NCBI GenBank assembly: GCA_965222535.1
Contig: OZ244957.1
Location: 1,539,550 to 1,603,549, forward strand
Length of the DNA stretch: 64,000 bases
From: Gammaproteobacteria bacterium
GTDB lineage: Bacteria; Pseudomonadota; Gammaproteobacteria; HK1
Direction: 5' to 3'
The notes below the pieces were generated by a model. The model did not search any database and was not told the origin of the DNA. It worked only from the letters and a program-made list of their open reading frames with translations. Both the position numbers and the translations under genes were made by a program. This document shows positions 47,958 through 57,099 of the stretch, piece by piece; position 1 is the stretch's first letter; each line of letters starts with the position of its first letter.

Positions 47958-49277
47958 ATGGGTTACAGCCAATTATCGTCATGGAGAAGATACTTAATTT
48001 TGTTCTTGGGTTCAGTTGCGATGCTGGCGGTTGTATTCGTTTATTACCAGAAAATCTCAGGCTATTATCAAGTTGATTTTTCAGCCTACTACGCTGCCGC
48101 CGTTTCGTTGAGTCGCGGTGAAAATCCTTATTCCAACTCACCAGAGTTTGCCAGTGGGCAACGGTTTGAACACAGCCAGTTTTTACAATCACCGATAGTG
48201 GCCAGATTTTTCAGACCGTTTGCGTGGCTTCCTTACCATCAAGCCAAAACCTTATGGTTGGTGGTGCAATTTTTGCTAATCGTTGCAGTGATAGCCCTGC
48301 AAGTCCGTGATCCCGTCAAAACAGTTATCGTTGCGAATGTGCTGTTGATTTCTGTTCCACTACTATTCTGGCCAATCTATGCTCATTTTGAACGAGGTCA
48401 AACCGATTTGCTGGTGCTGTTTTTCATTGCGTGCAGTAAGTTTTTCTGGGATAGAAAAAACAGCGGGCTGGCAGGCGCATTGCTGGCATTTGGCGCCATC
48501 CTTAAGCTACCGACTGCTTTTATCTTCCTTGTCCCGCTTGCTGTTAAGGATAGAAAATTTGTGATGGGCGGGGTCGTATCTGTTGCATTGTTGTTGTTTG
48601 TGTCGGTTGCCATTGATGGCGCAGCGATAAATCAAGCGTATTTTTTGAAGTACTTGCCGAGTATTGGAAGCAGCGGGAAATTGCCAGTCGAAGTTTACGA
48701 TAGCGAGCAACAACAAAGCGGGCTTCGCGCCGGTCGCTATATTTGGGATGGTAGAGAATATGCGGTAGCCATGGAGCTTCAAGCGGCTAGAGGTGCCCTT
48801 CGCATCCTTAACCCAGTGAGCGGAATTTTAGGATTTCTACTATCGACCAGTATGATCATCTTCTTTCTGAGGCGAAATGACTCGGCTGCGTCACGCAAGA
48901 TAGCTTGGGCATTTGCAATGCTTTCGGTTCTTCTGTTTCATCCTATCTCTTGGGTGATGAACTATGTTTGGCTGCTTTTTATCGCTTTGGCGCTTTTGAG
49001 TTTGATACAGGACAATTTGGGCGGGTATGAGCAGTACCCGAAAATTATGCTTTACGGGATCGTGCTGGGCGGGTTGTTACTTATCGGAATGGGCGATTCA
49101 GTTGGCACACTGATACGCCAAGTAATCGTCTGGATAAACGACTTGTGGACTCACCCTTGGGAAGAAAATCTTATCAGAATAGTGAATGCCTGCCTGACTT
49201 ACCGCGTACGAATGGGTGGGTTGATCTTATGGTTATTCCTGCTGGGTATAATCTTACGTTGGCGACGTGTTCCCTGA
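47958..49277 (+). CDS. polytopic membrane protein, GT87/DUF2029-like glycosyltransferase
   Basis: Lower-GC gene with about 10 or more TM helices. The N-terminal loop DFSAYYAAAVSLSRGENPYS is characteristic of DUF2029-type lipid-linked-sugar glycosyltransferases. Confidence 0.6.
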   Translation: MGYSQLSSWRRYLILFLGSVAMLAVVFVYYQKISGYYQVDFSAYYAAAVSLSRGENPYSNSPEFASGQRFEHSQFLQSPIVARFFRPFAWLPYHQAKTLWLVVQFLLIVAVIALQVRDPVKTVIVANVLLISVPLLFWPIYAHFERGQTDLLVLFFIACSKFFWDRKNSGLAGALLAFGAILKLPTAFIFLVPLAVKDRKFVMGGVVSVALLLFVSVAIDGAAINQAYFLKYLPSIGSSGKLPVEVYDSEQQQSGLRAGRYIWDGREYAVAMELQAARGALRILNPVSGILGFLLSTSMIIFFLRRNDSAASRKIAWAFAMLSVLLFHPISWVMNYVWLLFIALALLSLIQDNLGGYEQYPKIMLYGIVLGGLLLIGMGDSVGTLIRQVIVWINDLWTHPWEENLIRIVNACLTYRVRMGGLILWLFLLGIILRWRRVP

Positions 49278-49389
49278 TTGTTATGTACCTGAATCCGTGG
49301 GTTTGTTTCTTATTTTATCACTCTAAGATATTGATTTTATGCACATTATATGGTGGATTCAAATCACAAGTGCGACAGTTGGATTGATG

Positions 49390-49476
49390 CCAGAACAGAC
49401 TTTGAGGAGTCTTCAGACCGAGGCATTTTCGCGAGCGGTGGTTCAATTCATCGATTAGCGTAACGCCTTTTGCCGA
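49390..49476 (-). pseudogene. IS30-family transposase C-terminal fragment
   Basis: LIDELNHRSRKCLGLKTPQSLFW resembles the conserved IS30 C-terminus (LN.RPRK.LG.KTP.E.F). Only about 29 codons remain. Confidence 0.35.
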
Positions 49477-49492
49477 TTGTTGGCGGGCGGCG

Positions 49493-50032
49493 TTACTTGC
49501 GGCGTAGCTGCGCCAATACGGCGAACGGTGATGGCGTGGCGTGTTGCCGGTCAACGGGCGTCGCGCTGTGTGGCACCTCACCGGTCAACGGGGGTACCTG
49601 ACAATCCGCGCCAGCGTGCCTCGGTGCAAACGGCAGCGCCAAGATGATCTCATCGGCTATCAGCTCCTGCAGCGCGGCGTTGTGGCGGTTATCGACCCAC
49701 CACACCTCGGTGCTTTGCGCCGCGGCGTGCTTTCCCTCACTCGCTGCGCTATCGACGACGATCACGTGTACCGCCGCCTGTAGCGACCACTCCATCCCCG
49801 CTAGGCAGCGTTGGCATTGCAGCCGCAGCGTGGTATCGATAGCGCCACTGATCAGCGGTTCGCCGCAGGCATTGAGCGTGAAATCAAACCAATAGCGCAG
49901 ATCGCCGTCTGGTGCGCCACCGACAAGCTCGATAACCCGTGGCAATGCGGTAAGCGACAGCACCCCAGACAAACGCTGGTGTTCCCGCGAAAGCGCTATA
50001 ATATCAACAACATTGTGCATGGCTACAAGCAC
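49493..50032 (-). CDS. yceD: YceD/DUF177 family protein (large-subunit rRNA accumulation)
   Basis: LQCQRCLAGMEW, a second Cys pair region, and an acidic C-terminal part. The size fits. Confidence 0.75.
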   Translation of the reverse strand: MLVAMHNVVDIIALSREHQRLSGVLSLTALPRVIELVGGAPDGDLRYWFDFTLNACGEPLISGAIDTTLRLQCQRCLAGMEWSLQAAVHVIVVDSAASEGKHAAAQSTEVWWVDNRHNAALQELIADEIILALPFAPRHAGADCQVPPLTGEVPHSATPVDRQHATPSPFAVLAQLRRK

Positions 50033-50167
50033 CCATCAGCCGCCGGGTGTACGCGCCCGCGCCCGCGCCCTTTGTATCACGCTACGCTTCTTGAGCCGCG
50101 CCAGCCGCTCAACGCCAGAGTCCTGCATCGCAGGATAGGGACGCAGCGCGGCGCTTATGCGCACGCC

Positions 50168-51484
50168 TTACCCCAGCCTGTCGCGCAAGGCATAGTACAT
50201 CATCCCTACGGCGAGCAGCGGCTGGCGCAGGGCGTTGGTGAGCGGAAAACTGCGGTGGCGCAGTTTGGTGAGTACGTCAAAGCGCTCGCTGCTGCCAGCG
50301 ATCGCATCGGCAACCAGTTTGCCGACGGCTTGCGTGAGTGCCACACCGTAGCCTGAATAGCCGTGGGCGTACAACGCATTGGGTTGCAGATAGCCAACTT
50401 TTGGCATGCGGCTTGAGGTGATCGCCAATTTACCGCCCCAGGCATAATCGATCGGCACGCTGGCGAGTTGTGGGAATACTTTCAGCAGGTAGCGGCGGAC
50501 GAAGGCTTTGAGGTCTTTGGGGTAGCGCATGGTGTAGATTTCCCCGCCACCAAACAGCAGGCGGTTGTTACCGACTAGACGATAATAGTCAACCACAAAG
50601 TTGGTTGAATGGACGCAGCAGCGGCTTGGGATCAGGCGCTTCGCGGTAGCCTCTGGCAGTGCCGCGGTGGTGAGGATATAGTTGTGGATCGGCATGATGC
50701 TCGATGCGATCCGCGGCTCCAGTCGCTCAAGGTAAGCGTTCACCGCGAGCAGCAGGAACTTTGCCTCAACGCTGCTGCCGTTATGACAGCCAACGCGCAG
50801 CGTTGTGCCGTAGTCAATGCTGACCGCGCGTGTGTTCTCGTAGATCTGGCCGCCGTTGCCGATCACCGCCTGCCCCAGCCCCAAGGCGAGATTGAGTGGA
50901 TGCAGATGCCCGCCGCCGCTGTCATAAAGACCGCCGCAGTATTGATCGCTATCGACCCACTGGCGCATCAAAGCGGTGTCCAGCAAGGTGTATTGCTGGT
51001 AACCGTAGCGCTTCTCGCAAAACTCGGCCTCTTTACGGATTAGCGGCATAGCGCTGGGTTTGGTGCAGGCCAGCAGATTACCGCTTTGCCAGTCGCAGTC
51101 AATGCGCTGTTGCGCGATCAGGTTGCGGATGCTCTCCTTACCGCTTTCGCTGATTTCCCACAGCGCGTTGGCGATCGTCTCTCCGTAGCATAAATCGATC
51201 TCGGACATCGGCTGGCGCAGCGCGCTGCCGACCTGCCCGCCGTTGCGCCCAGAAGCCCCCCAGCCGATGCGCTCGGCCTCCAACACGACCACGGCGTAGC
51301 CGCGCTCGGCCAATCGCAGCGCGGCGGACAAACCGGTGAAGCCGGCACCGATAATCACCACATCGGCGCGCTTGCGGCCTTGCAGCGGTGGTTGGCGTTG
51401 ATGCGCAACGGCACTCGCCGCATACCACGAGCGTGGATAGGATGGAAACGGTTGCGCCGCCGCCGTTGCTGCTGTCATTGGCAT
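50168..51484 (-). CDS. FAD-dependent oxidoreductase (DAO family, gamma-glutamylputrescine oxidase-like)
   Basis: Dinucleotide fold DVVIIGAGFTGLSAALRLAERGYAVVVLE, and GASGRNGG. The start ATG at 51484 or 51478 overlaps the upstream stop at 51475-51477. The longer ORF to 51718 is probably not translated. Confidence 0.8.
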   Translation of the reverse strand: MPMTAATAAAQPFPSYPRSWYAASAVAHQRQPPLQGRKRADVVIIGAGFTGLSAALRLAERGYAVVVLEAERIGWGASGRNGGQVGSALRQPMSEIDLCYGETIANALWEISESGKESIRNLIAQQRIDCDWQSGNLLACTKPSAMPLIRKEAEFCEKRYGYQQYTLLDTALMRQWVDSDQYCGGLYDSGGGHLHPLNLALGLGQAVIGNGGQIYENTRAVSIDYGTTLRVGCHNGSSVEAKFLLLAVNAYLERLEPRIASSIMPIHNYILTTAALPEATAKRLIPSRCCVHSTNFVVDYYRLVGNNRLLFGGGEIYTMRYPKDLKAFVRRYLLKVFPQLASVPIDYAWGGKLAITSSRMPKVGYLQPNALYAHGYSGYGVALTQAVGKLVADAIAGSSERFDVLTKLRHRSFPLTNALRQPLLAVGMMYYALRDRLG

Positions 51485-52629
51485 TGCGCCCCTGACGATG
51501 CGACCATGGCTGCCATGGAGGCAGGGAACGGCAGGGTGCAGGAGGTCGCCGCAAAGACGCCGTTTGGGGTGTGCACTGACACCGTGGTGTTGGGTTGCCA
51601 GAACGGCGTTTGCAGCATTGCAATGGCGATGCCGCATTGCCGATGCGGCGCAAAGGTAGCTGAGCTGATGTTGCCGATCAGCTGCGCGCCGTGATACACC
51701 GGCCAGAATTGAGCGCACACGGGTAACCCGGCGGCGCTGTCAATAGTTACGCCACAAATGCGCCGGCGCAGTGGCTCGGCGCGAAGGCGCTGCAGCGCCT
51801 TGCGCCCCATGCAGGGCGCTTCATCAGCCAAATCGCAATACGTCTCAAGGCCGCACTCCAGCGGGTTGTGCTCGCGCGTCATATCGCTACCATAGGATAA
51901 TAACCCCCCTTCAATGCGTTCAATCAGGTTAGGGCAACCCGCACTGACCGACAGATCATCACCGGCGCTCATCAGCGCATCCCACAGCGATGCACCACGC
52001 GCAGTATCATCCACATAGATCTCAAATCCACCCTGTTTGCTCCAGCCGCTACGCGATACCAACAACGGTTTGCCATCAAACGACAGGTATTTAAAATTGA
52101 ACGTGCGGATAGCGCACACCTCGGGACCAAACACGCGCGCCATCAGGGGATCCGCTTTAGGTCCCTGGACCGCCAGTGGCGACACATCCGGTTCGTTCAG
52201 GCGGACCTTAAGCCCCAGTCCATACGCAATCCCTTTCGCCCACAGCAAAACATCGGAATCGGCGATCGACACCCAGAAGTGATCGGGTGCTAGGCGCAAT
52301 ATCAGGGGATCGTTGATCATCCCTGCCTCTTCGTCGATAAGCGGGGCGTACGCACAACGCCCGACGTTAAGGCGCGATATGTTCCGCGGTGTCATCAACT
52401 GCACTAGTTGCAGCGCATCTGCGCCACGAATATCAACTTGCCGCTGGCAGGACACATCCCACAGTTGAACATGGTTCTTGAGGCACAAATAGTCGTTCCT
52501 GAGCGATTCAAACGTACTCGGCAGCAACATGTGGTTATAAACCGTATATTCCGTGACCTGCGGCTCAATCCGTGGGGTGAACGGTGTCGGTCGCAGACGC
52601 GGTGATAAGCGAATCAGAGGGGTATCCAT
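51475..52629 (-). CDS. GcvT-family aminomethyltransferase (folate-dependent demethylase-like)
   Basis: VQLWDVSCQRQVDIRGADALQLVQ, PLAVQGPKA, and a C-terminal barrel region. Translationally coupled to the oxidoreductase. Confidence 0.75.
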   Translation of the reverse strand: MDTPLIRLSPRLRPTPFTPRIEPQVTEYTVYNHMLLPSTFESLRNDYLCLKNHVQLWDVSCQRQVDIRGADALQLVQLMTPRNISRLNVGRCAYAPLIDEEAGMINDPLILRLAPDHFWVSIADSDVLLWAKGIAYGLGLKVRLNEPDVSPLAVQGPKADPLMARVFGPEVCAIRTFNFKYLSFDGKPLLVSRSGWSKQGGFEIYVDDTARGASLWDALMSAGDDLSVSAGCPNLIERIEGGLLSYGSDMTREHNPLECGLETYCDLADEAPCMGRKALQRLRAEPLRRRICGVTIDSAAGLPVCAQFWPVYHGAQLIGNISSATFAPHRQCGIAIAMLQTPFWQPNTTVSVHTPNGVFAATSCTLPFPASMAAMVASSGAQCQ

Positions 52630-52653
52630 AAAATAGCGCTTCCTGCTTGGTTT

Positions 52654-53348
52654 GGGTACCTCGAAAACCCTGAAATGGGATGGGGGCGGGGGGTGCTATA
52701 AACAATGCCATAAGCGTTTGATTAATATACCCTTCCCCCAAAGGACTTCGGGCAGTGCTCTGGAATCTGAACGTTATTTAATCCTGAAAACAAGCGGTGC
52801 TGGCTTTTGCAGGAGAATAAGGAGGGTAAAGCCGTTTATACTCATGTTACTTGAAGATGCTTGATGGGTGAGGGAGACCGTTTTGTGCACCTCGTTGAGT
52901 CGCGCTGCGTTTGACGCTCTGGAAAGGGCTTCGGGCAGTGCTCTTTGGGATGGCTTCGGGCGGTGTCTCTGGGATCTTTAATATTTTAATCCGCAAACAG
53001 CACAAGCTGCGCGTGGCAGTTGCGGAGAGATTTGCAGAAAAGAGGTTTATATTGGGGGAAGGGTGAAGGCGTGTTTAACGCACCTAAACGCGGTACCCCC
53101 TTCCCCTAAACCCCTACCCCCAGCATCTCCTGCGCCCTTGCCTCGACGCCGTGCATGACCGAGGGCTTCGGGCGGCGCTCTGGAAAAGGGCTGGGGGCGA
53201 GGCTTTGGGATGAGAGCATGACTTTAGCCCTTTCTTGCATCTTCAAGTAACGCCGGTATAAGCGTTTGATTAATATACCCTTCTCTCAATATAACACCCT
53301 ATTTTAGTGCCTCCGAAAGCTGGCAATAACCAATTTTTCGAGGTACCC
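52654..53348. repeat. stack of family-A and family-B repeats
   Basis: Family A arms at 52654-52743 and 53257-53348. Family B modules lie between them; 52960-53120 matches 4705-4855, 52745-52870 matches 59505-59620, and 53195-53256 matches 59775-59835. Confidence 0.85.
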
Positions 53349-53722
53349 GTTTGCAAAATGAATTATCCAGTGTTTTTCTGATCATCCCCAACGCGCACCG
53401 ATTATAACAGTTTGATGGATAACCCCTCGTCTCATAAAACACGCATCCGACGGTACGAAAAAGGAAAATCGCTGGCAGGGCGAGATGCCCAGCGTGGTGC
53501 GGGAAAGGAATTATAGCGGCATGTATTATGCTATCTGCAACGCTCGCCTGACTCCCAAAGCTTTGGGTTTGTACGCCAGTGCGCCAGTGTTGCGGCAACA
53601 CGCTGCACCCATGGCGTTAGCGATGCTTTGTTGGCTGCTTTTTGCGCCGTGCTTACGCCCATTGTTGCGGTACCGCGGCGTTGCGGATTATCATCAGCTA
53701 GCTGCATCATTGTTCCCAAAGG

Positions 53723-53833
53723 CATATCGAAAAACCTTGAATAGGATGGGGGGCAAGGGAGGCGTTCACCAGTAACGTAAGCCCCCATATTCTATTACGG
53801 GTTTTTAACCCTTCCCCCAATAGGCAAGCCCCC
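53723..53833. repeat. family-A MITE-like element (short form)
   Basis: atatcgaaaaaccttgaataggatgggggg...taacccttcccccaataggcaagccccc. Confidence 0.8.
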
Positions 53834-53927
53834 AAGCGTTGCGCGAACGCTGCGGTGCGGCAAAAGATACGGCGACATTCTTATGCACATTTTTTACACC
53901 CCAGTGCCAACGGTTGCGCTGCCCCTG

Positions 53928-55067
53928 ATGCGCCGCGCGATCCTGCTGTTGCTGCTGAGCGGTTTTGGCTATGGGGTGATGGCCGTCGCTGAAGTACAAA
54001 TTAATGATGTGCGGATCTGGTCAGGACCGAGCCATACGCGAGTAGTGTTCGATACCACCGCAGCCGTCAGGCACGAGGCGTTTATGTTGTCCTCTCCAGC
54101 ACGTGCGGTGATTGACTTTGAAGCGGCGCGGCTCAACACGCGTTTGCCTGCGATAGCAAACGGTACGCGCCTGCTTGAGCGTATGCGCTCAGCGGAGCGC
54201 AGTGGCGGCGTGCTACGCGTGGTGCTGGATCTGAAGGCTGCGGTGCGACTGAAAAGCTTTACCTTGTCACCGAATAGCGACTACGGTTATCGCTTGGTGG
54301 TGGACCTGATCGCGGCTGACAGCGATGCCGCCCCGCCGCCGCCACCGAAGCGCAGCGCACGATCGCACGACATTGTCGTGGCCATTGACGCCGGTCATGG
54401 CGGAGAAGATCCAGGCGCGATCGCGGTCAATGGTGATTACGAAAAAACGGTTGTGTTGCAGATCGCGAAGTATTTGGCGGCGATGGTTAACCAAGCGCCC
54501 GGCATGAAGGCGGTGCTGCTGCGCAAGGGAGATTATTATATTGGGTTACGCAAACGCACGGCGTTGGCGCGTCAATACCGCGCCGATATGTTCATCTCGG
54601 TCCATGCTGACTCGGCACGTAACCGCAAAGCGCGCGGTGCCGGCGTCTATGTCTTGTCCACCAAAGGAGCCAGCAGCGAGCAGGCGCGCTGGTTGGCCAA
54701 TAAGGAAAATGCCGCCGATCGGATCGGTGGCGTTAGTTTTGACGATACCGTCCCCTTCCTCAACACGATGTTACTCGATATGTCGCAGACGGCAATCGCC
54801 AAGTACAGTAGCGACTTTGGCACCCAAGTGCTCAAATCGCTCAACCGCCAGCTCAGAAAAGTCCATAAAAAGCGCATCGAAAGAGCCGGTTTTGTCGTAT
54901 TGAAGTCGCCCGATATTCCCTCAATACTGGTGGAAGCTGGCTTTCTCAGCAACCGCAAGGACGCCGCGCGTTTACGCACCCGCGAAGGCCAGCGCACCGT
55001 GGCGCTGGCGATTCTCGCGGGCATCCATGATTTCTTGCCGGCCCTGCGCCTTGCGAAGGGAGGATAA
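53928..55067 (+). CDS. N-acetylmuramoyl-L-alanine amidase (AMIN + Amidase_3, AmiC/AmiB-like)
   Basis: Signal peptide MRRAILLLLLSGFGYGVMAVA, an AMIN-type N-terminal domain (VRIWSGPSHTRVVFD), and the catalytic VVAIDAGHGGEDPGA, FISVHAD and LVEAGFLSN. The maximal ORF starts at 53883. Confidence 0.85.
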   Translation: MRRAILLLLLSGFGYGVMAVAEVQINDVRIWSGPSHTRVVFDTTAAVRHEAFMLSSPARAVIDFEAARLNTRLPAIANGTRLLERMRSAERSGGVLRVVLDLKAAVRLKSFTLSPNSDYGYRLVVDLIAADSDAAPPPPPKRSARSHDIVVAIDAGHGGEDPGAIAVNGDYEKTVVLQIAKYLAAMVNQAPGMKAVLLRKGDYYIGLRKRTALARQYRADMFISVHADSARNRKARGAGVYVLSTKGASSEQARWLANKENAADRIGGVSFDDTVPFLNTMLLDMSQTAIAKYSSDFGTQVLKSLNRQLRKVHKKRIERAGFVVLKSPDIPSILVEAGFLSNRKDAARLRTREGQRTVALAILAGIHDFLPALRLAKGG

Positions 55068-55189
55068 TGGGGGAGGGGAAGGAACATGAACACCTGTAAC
55101 GTAAGCCGTTGATTTATAATCCTTCCCCCCATAGACGAGCCCCGCAGGACCGCTCAAAAAGCTAGCGAAGCTGGTTTTTCGAGCGGTCC
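55065..55189. repeat. family-A MITE-like element
   Basis: taatgggggaggggaagg...ccgttgatttataatccttccccccatagacgagcccc...gctagcgaagctggtttttcgagcggtcc. It is close to the 31120-31270 copy and contains the amidase stop codon. Confidence 0.85.
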
Positions 55190-55190
55190 T

Positions 55191-56780
55191 TCAGTCATTG
55201 CTGCGGTAGCGTCCGCGTTGGAGCACGAACACCGCAACGCACGGCATCACGACGGTCAGCAGCGCCACGCTGATCAACAACAGCCCGAGCTCAGAGTAAT
55301 CGGCGGCGATGGTAAGAGCGTCCGTTGTTTGATCGCGCACTTCGCGGGAGACGACAAAAATCTCGTTCAGATAACGCGAACCAAGGCTGCTTGCCGACAA
55401 CGCGAGATTGGCGAAAGACGTGAACACCGCGAAAAAGGTGGCTTTCAGGTGATCAGGGGCGTTCCTTGCGATCCACGCAAGGAGCGGGATCATCGTCAAT
55501 TGGAACAGCGGAGATTCTACAGCGCTGTTAATAAGGGCGATAAAGTGCGCATCCACGACGGGTGAGATGTTGGCGATCGTCCACAGCTGAACGCCGTAAA
55601 ACAAGCCGATCCCAGGGAGGGCTAAAAGCCCTGAAAGCAGTGACAGGGTAACAATCAGGCCGGCGATCCGAATACGACTCAGCAGCGGCAAGAGGAACAC
55701 GATAGCCGCCAACGTAGTTAGTGATCCGATCAGCGACAGATAGGACAGAAACGCTTCATCAAACCCCAGCTGATCGATGTGGAACCAAGCTTCTCCGGGG
55801 CCGACCGTCGGTACGGCGCGGAAGGCAAACAGGATGACGGCAGTGCCGATCAGGGTTGTGCGTCCACTTGGCGGCAGTTCAACGAGTAGGATCCCCATCA
55901 GAAAAACGATGATGGCCATCGAGCCTGTGAACACGATTTCCTGCGCGTAAGCGATGTCAGAAGCGCCAGTGCCGACGATAAAAACAACGAATGCCGCACT
56001 CCCGCCCACGATCCACCAGTTCATCGATGGCGTTGATTGCTGGCGCAGATCCTGCAAGTGACCGAGCTTTTTCAAGCACTCGGAAAACAGTACGCCGAGA
56101 ACCGATACCAGCGGGATGCTCAACGCCAGCAGATAGATATCGGCGTAAACCTGTGCTTTTTGCGGGGTGTCGAGTTCATCCACCGAGGCAAACGCAATCA
56201 CATTGATCAGGGAGACCAGCGCTGCGCCGCCGATGACGGCGAAACGGCTCAGCGACTGCATCAATGTATGGGCGCTTTTGATGGTTGCGGCGTCAATGGG
56301 GTTCCCTTGATGATCGGTGAGTGGAACCGCCTCAACGCTCATTGCATCCGCAACCACATCTTGCAGTACGTAGCCGATCGGGCTGATCAGAACACTGATG
56401 ACGTACCACGTGGTGAGCGGCATCATCGCCTCCATGCGTGCGGTATGGGCGATCAGCGCATAGATGATCAGCAACCCCAGCGCGATCAATAAAGCCCCCA
56501 AAAACACTAGAATGCTTTTCCAGCGCCATATCAGATCGACCAAGTGCCCGAGGGGGATCTTCAGCACCCACGGCAGACCAGCCCAAAAGCCAAGGCCCGC
56601 AAGAAAAGCCGCCGACAGGTCAAGATAGTCTTTGACGATGAAAGTGCCGGCGATGGCAGTCAGTCCAGAGATCCCCGCCGCGAGGTAGACCATCAGCGGG
56701 GGGATGAAGCTGAGGCGCATCTGGTGCAGTACATGCCCCCAGTTGAGGGCATAAGATGCCAAATGCTGCATCGTCTTCAT
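55191..56780 (-). CDS. BT1-family (folate/biopterin transporter-like) MFS transporter
   Basis: About 12 TM segments. The N-terminal GLPWVLKIPLGHLVDL resembles the BT1 signature. It lies in the same transcriptional direction directly after folC. Confidence 0.6.
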   Translation of the reverse strand: MKTMQHLASYALNWGHVLHQMRLSFIPPLMVYLAAGISGLTAIAGTFIVKDYLDLSAAFLAGLGFWAGLPWVLKIPLGHLVDLIWRWKSILVFLGALLIALGLLIIYALIAHTARMEAMMPLTTWYVISVLISPIGYVLQDVVADAMSVEAVPLTDHQGNPIDAATIKSAHTLMQSLSRFAVIGGAALVSLINVIAFASVDELDTPQKAQVYADIYLLALSIPLVSVLGVLFSECLKKLGHLQDLRQQSTPSMNWWIVGGSAAFVVFIVGTGASDIAYAQEIVFTGSMAIIVFLMGILLVELPPSGRTTLIGTAVILFAFRAVPTVGPGEAWFHIDQLGFDEAFLSYLSLIGSLTTLAAIVFLLPLLSRIRIAGLIVTLSLLSGLLALPGIGLFYGVQLWTIANISPVVDAHFIALINSAVESPLFQLTMIPLLAWIARNAPDHLKATFFAVFTSFANLALSASSLGSRYLNEIFVVSREVRDQTTDALTIAADYSELGLLLISVALLTVVMPCVAVFVLQRGRYRSND

Positions 56781-56853
56781 AGCGTATGCGGTGCGAAGCG
56801 ATCAGCGCTGGTTGACGACCTAGCGCAGGGTGGGTGGAGCGGTGTCGGCAGGT

Positions 56854-57099
56854 TCATGGCACCAGCGGTGGTGATATGATTTCGGCAGGGAGGTTGTCGG
56901 TAAGCGGCGTGATGCTCTTTTGCGGCTCGATAATAGCGAACGGCAGCGCTGTGAGTCTGGTCGGTAGCGCTGGGATATCGAATTCACCGCGGGTTGTTGG
57001 CCCCGGGCTGGGGCGATCAAGCACCAAAGGGCTGGCGAGGGCACCGATGAACGCCAGCAGCGCGCCGGCCAGCAAGCGGTGCTTAAGAAACCGTGTCAT
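56854..57099 (-). CDS. small membrane-anchored or exported hypothetical protein
   Basis: Its ATG overlaps the folC stop as ATGA (57096-57099). It has an N-terminal hydrophobic segment, LLAGALLAFIGALA. Confidence 0.45.
   Translation of the reverse strand: MTRFLKHRLLAGALLAFIGALASPLVLDRPSPGPTTRGEFDIPALPTRLTALPFAIIEPQKSITPLTDNLPAEIISPPLVP

Noticed and set aside
53299-53775. Two overlapping ORFs (100 aa on the minus strand, 96 aa on the plus strand) in the long gap upstream of the amidase gene.
   Set aside because: They mutually overlap on opposite strands. Neither has an RBS or a recognisable family, and both partly extend into repeat elements.
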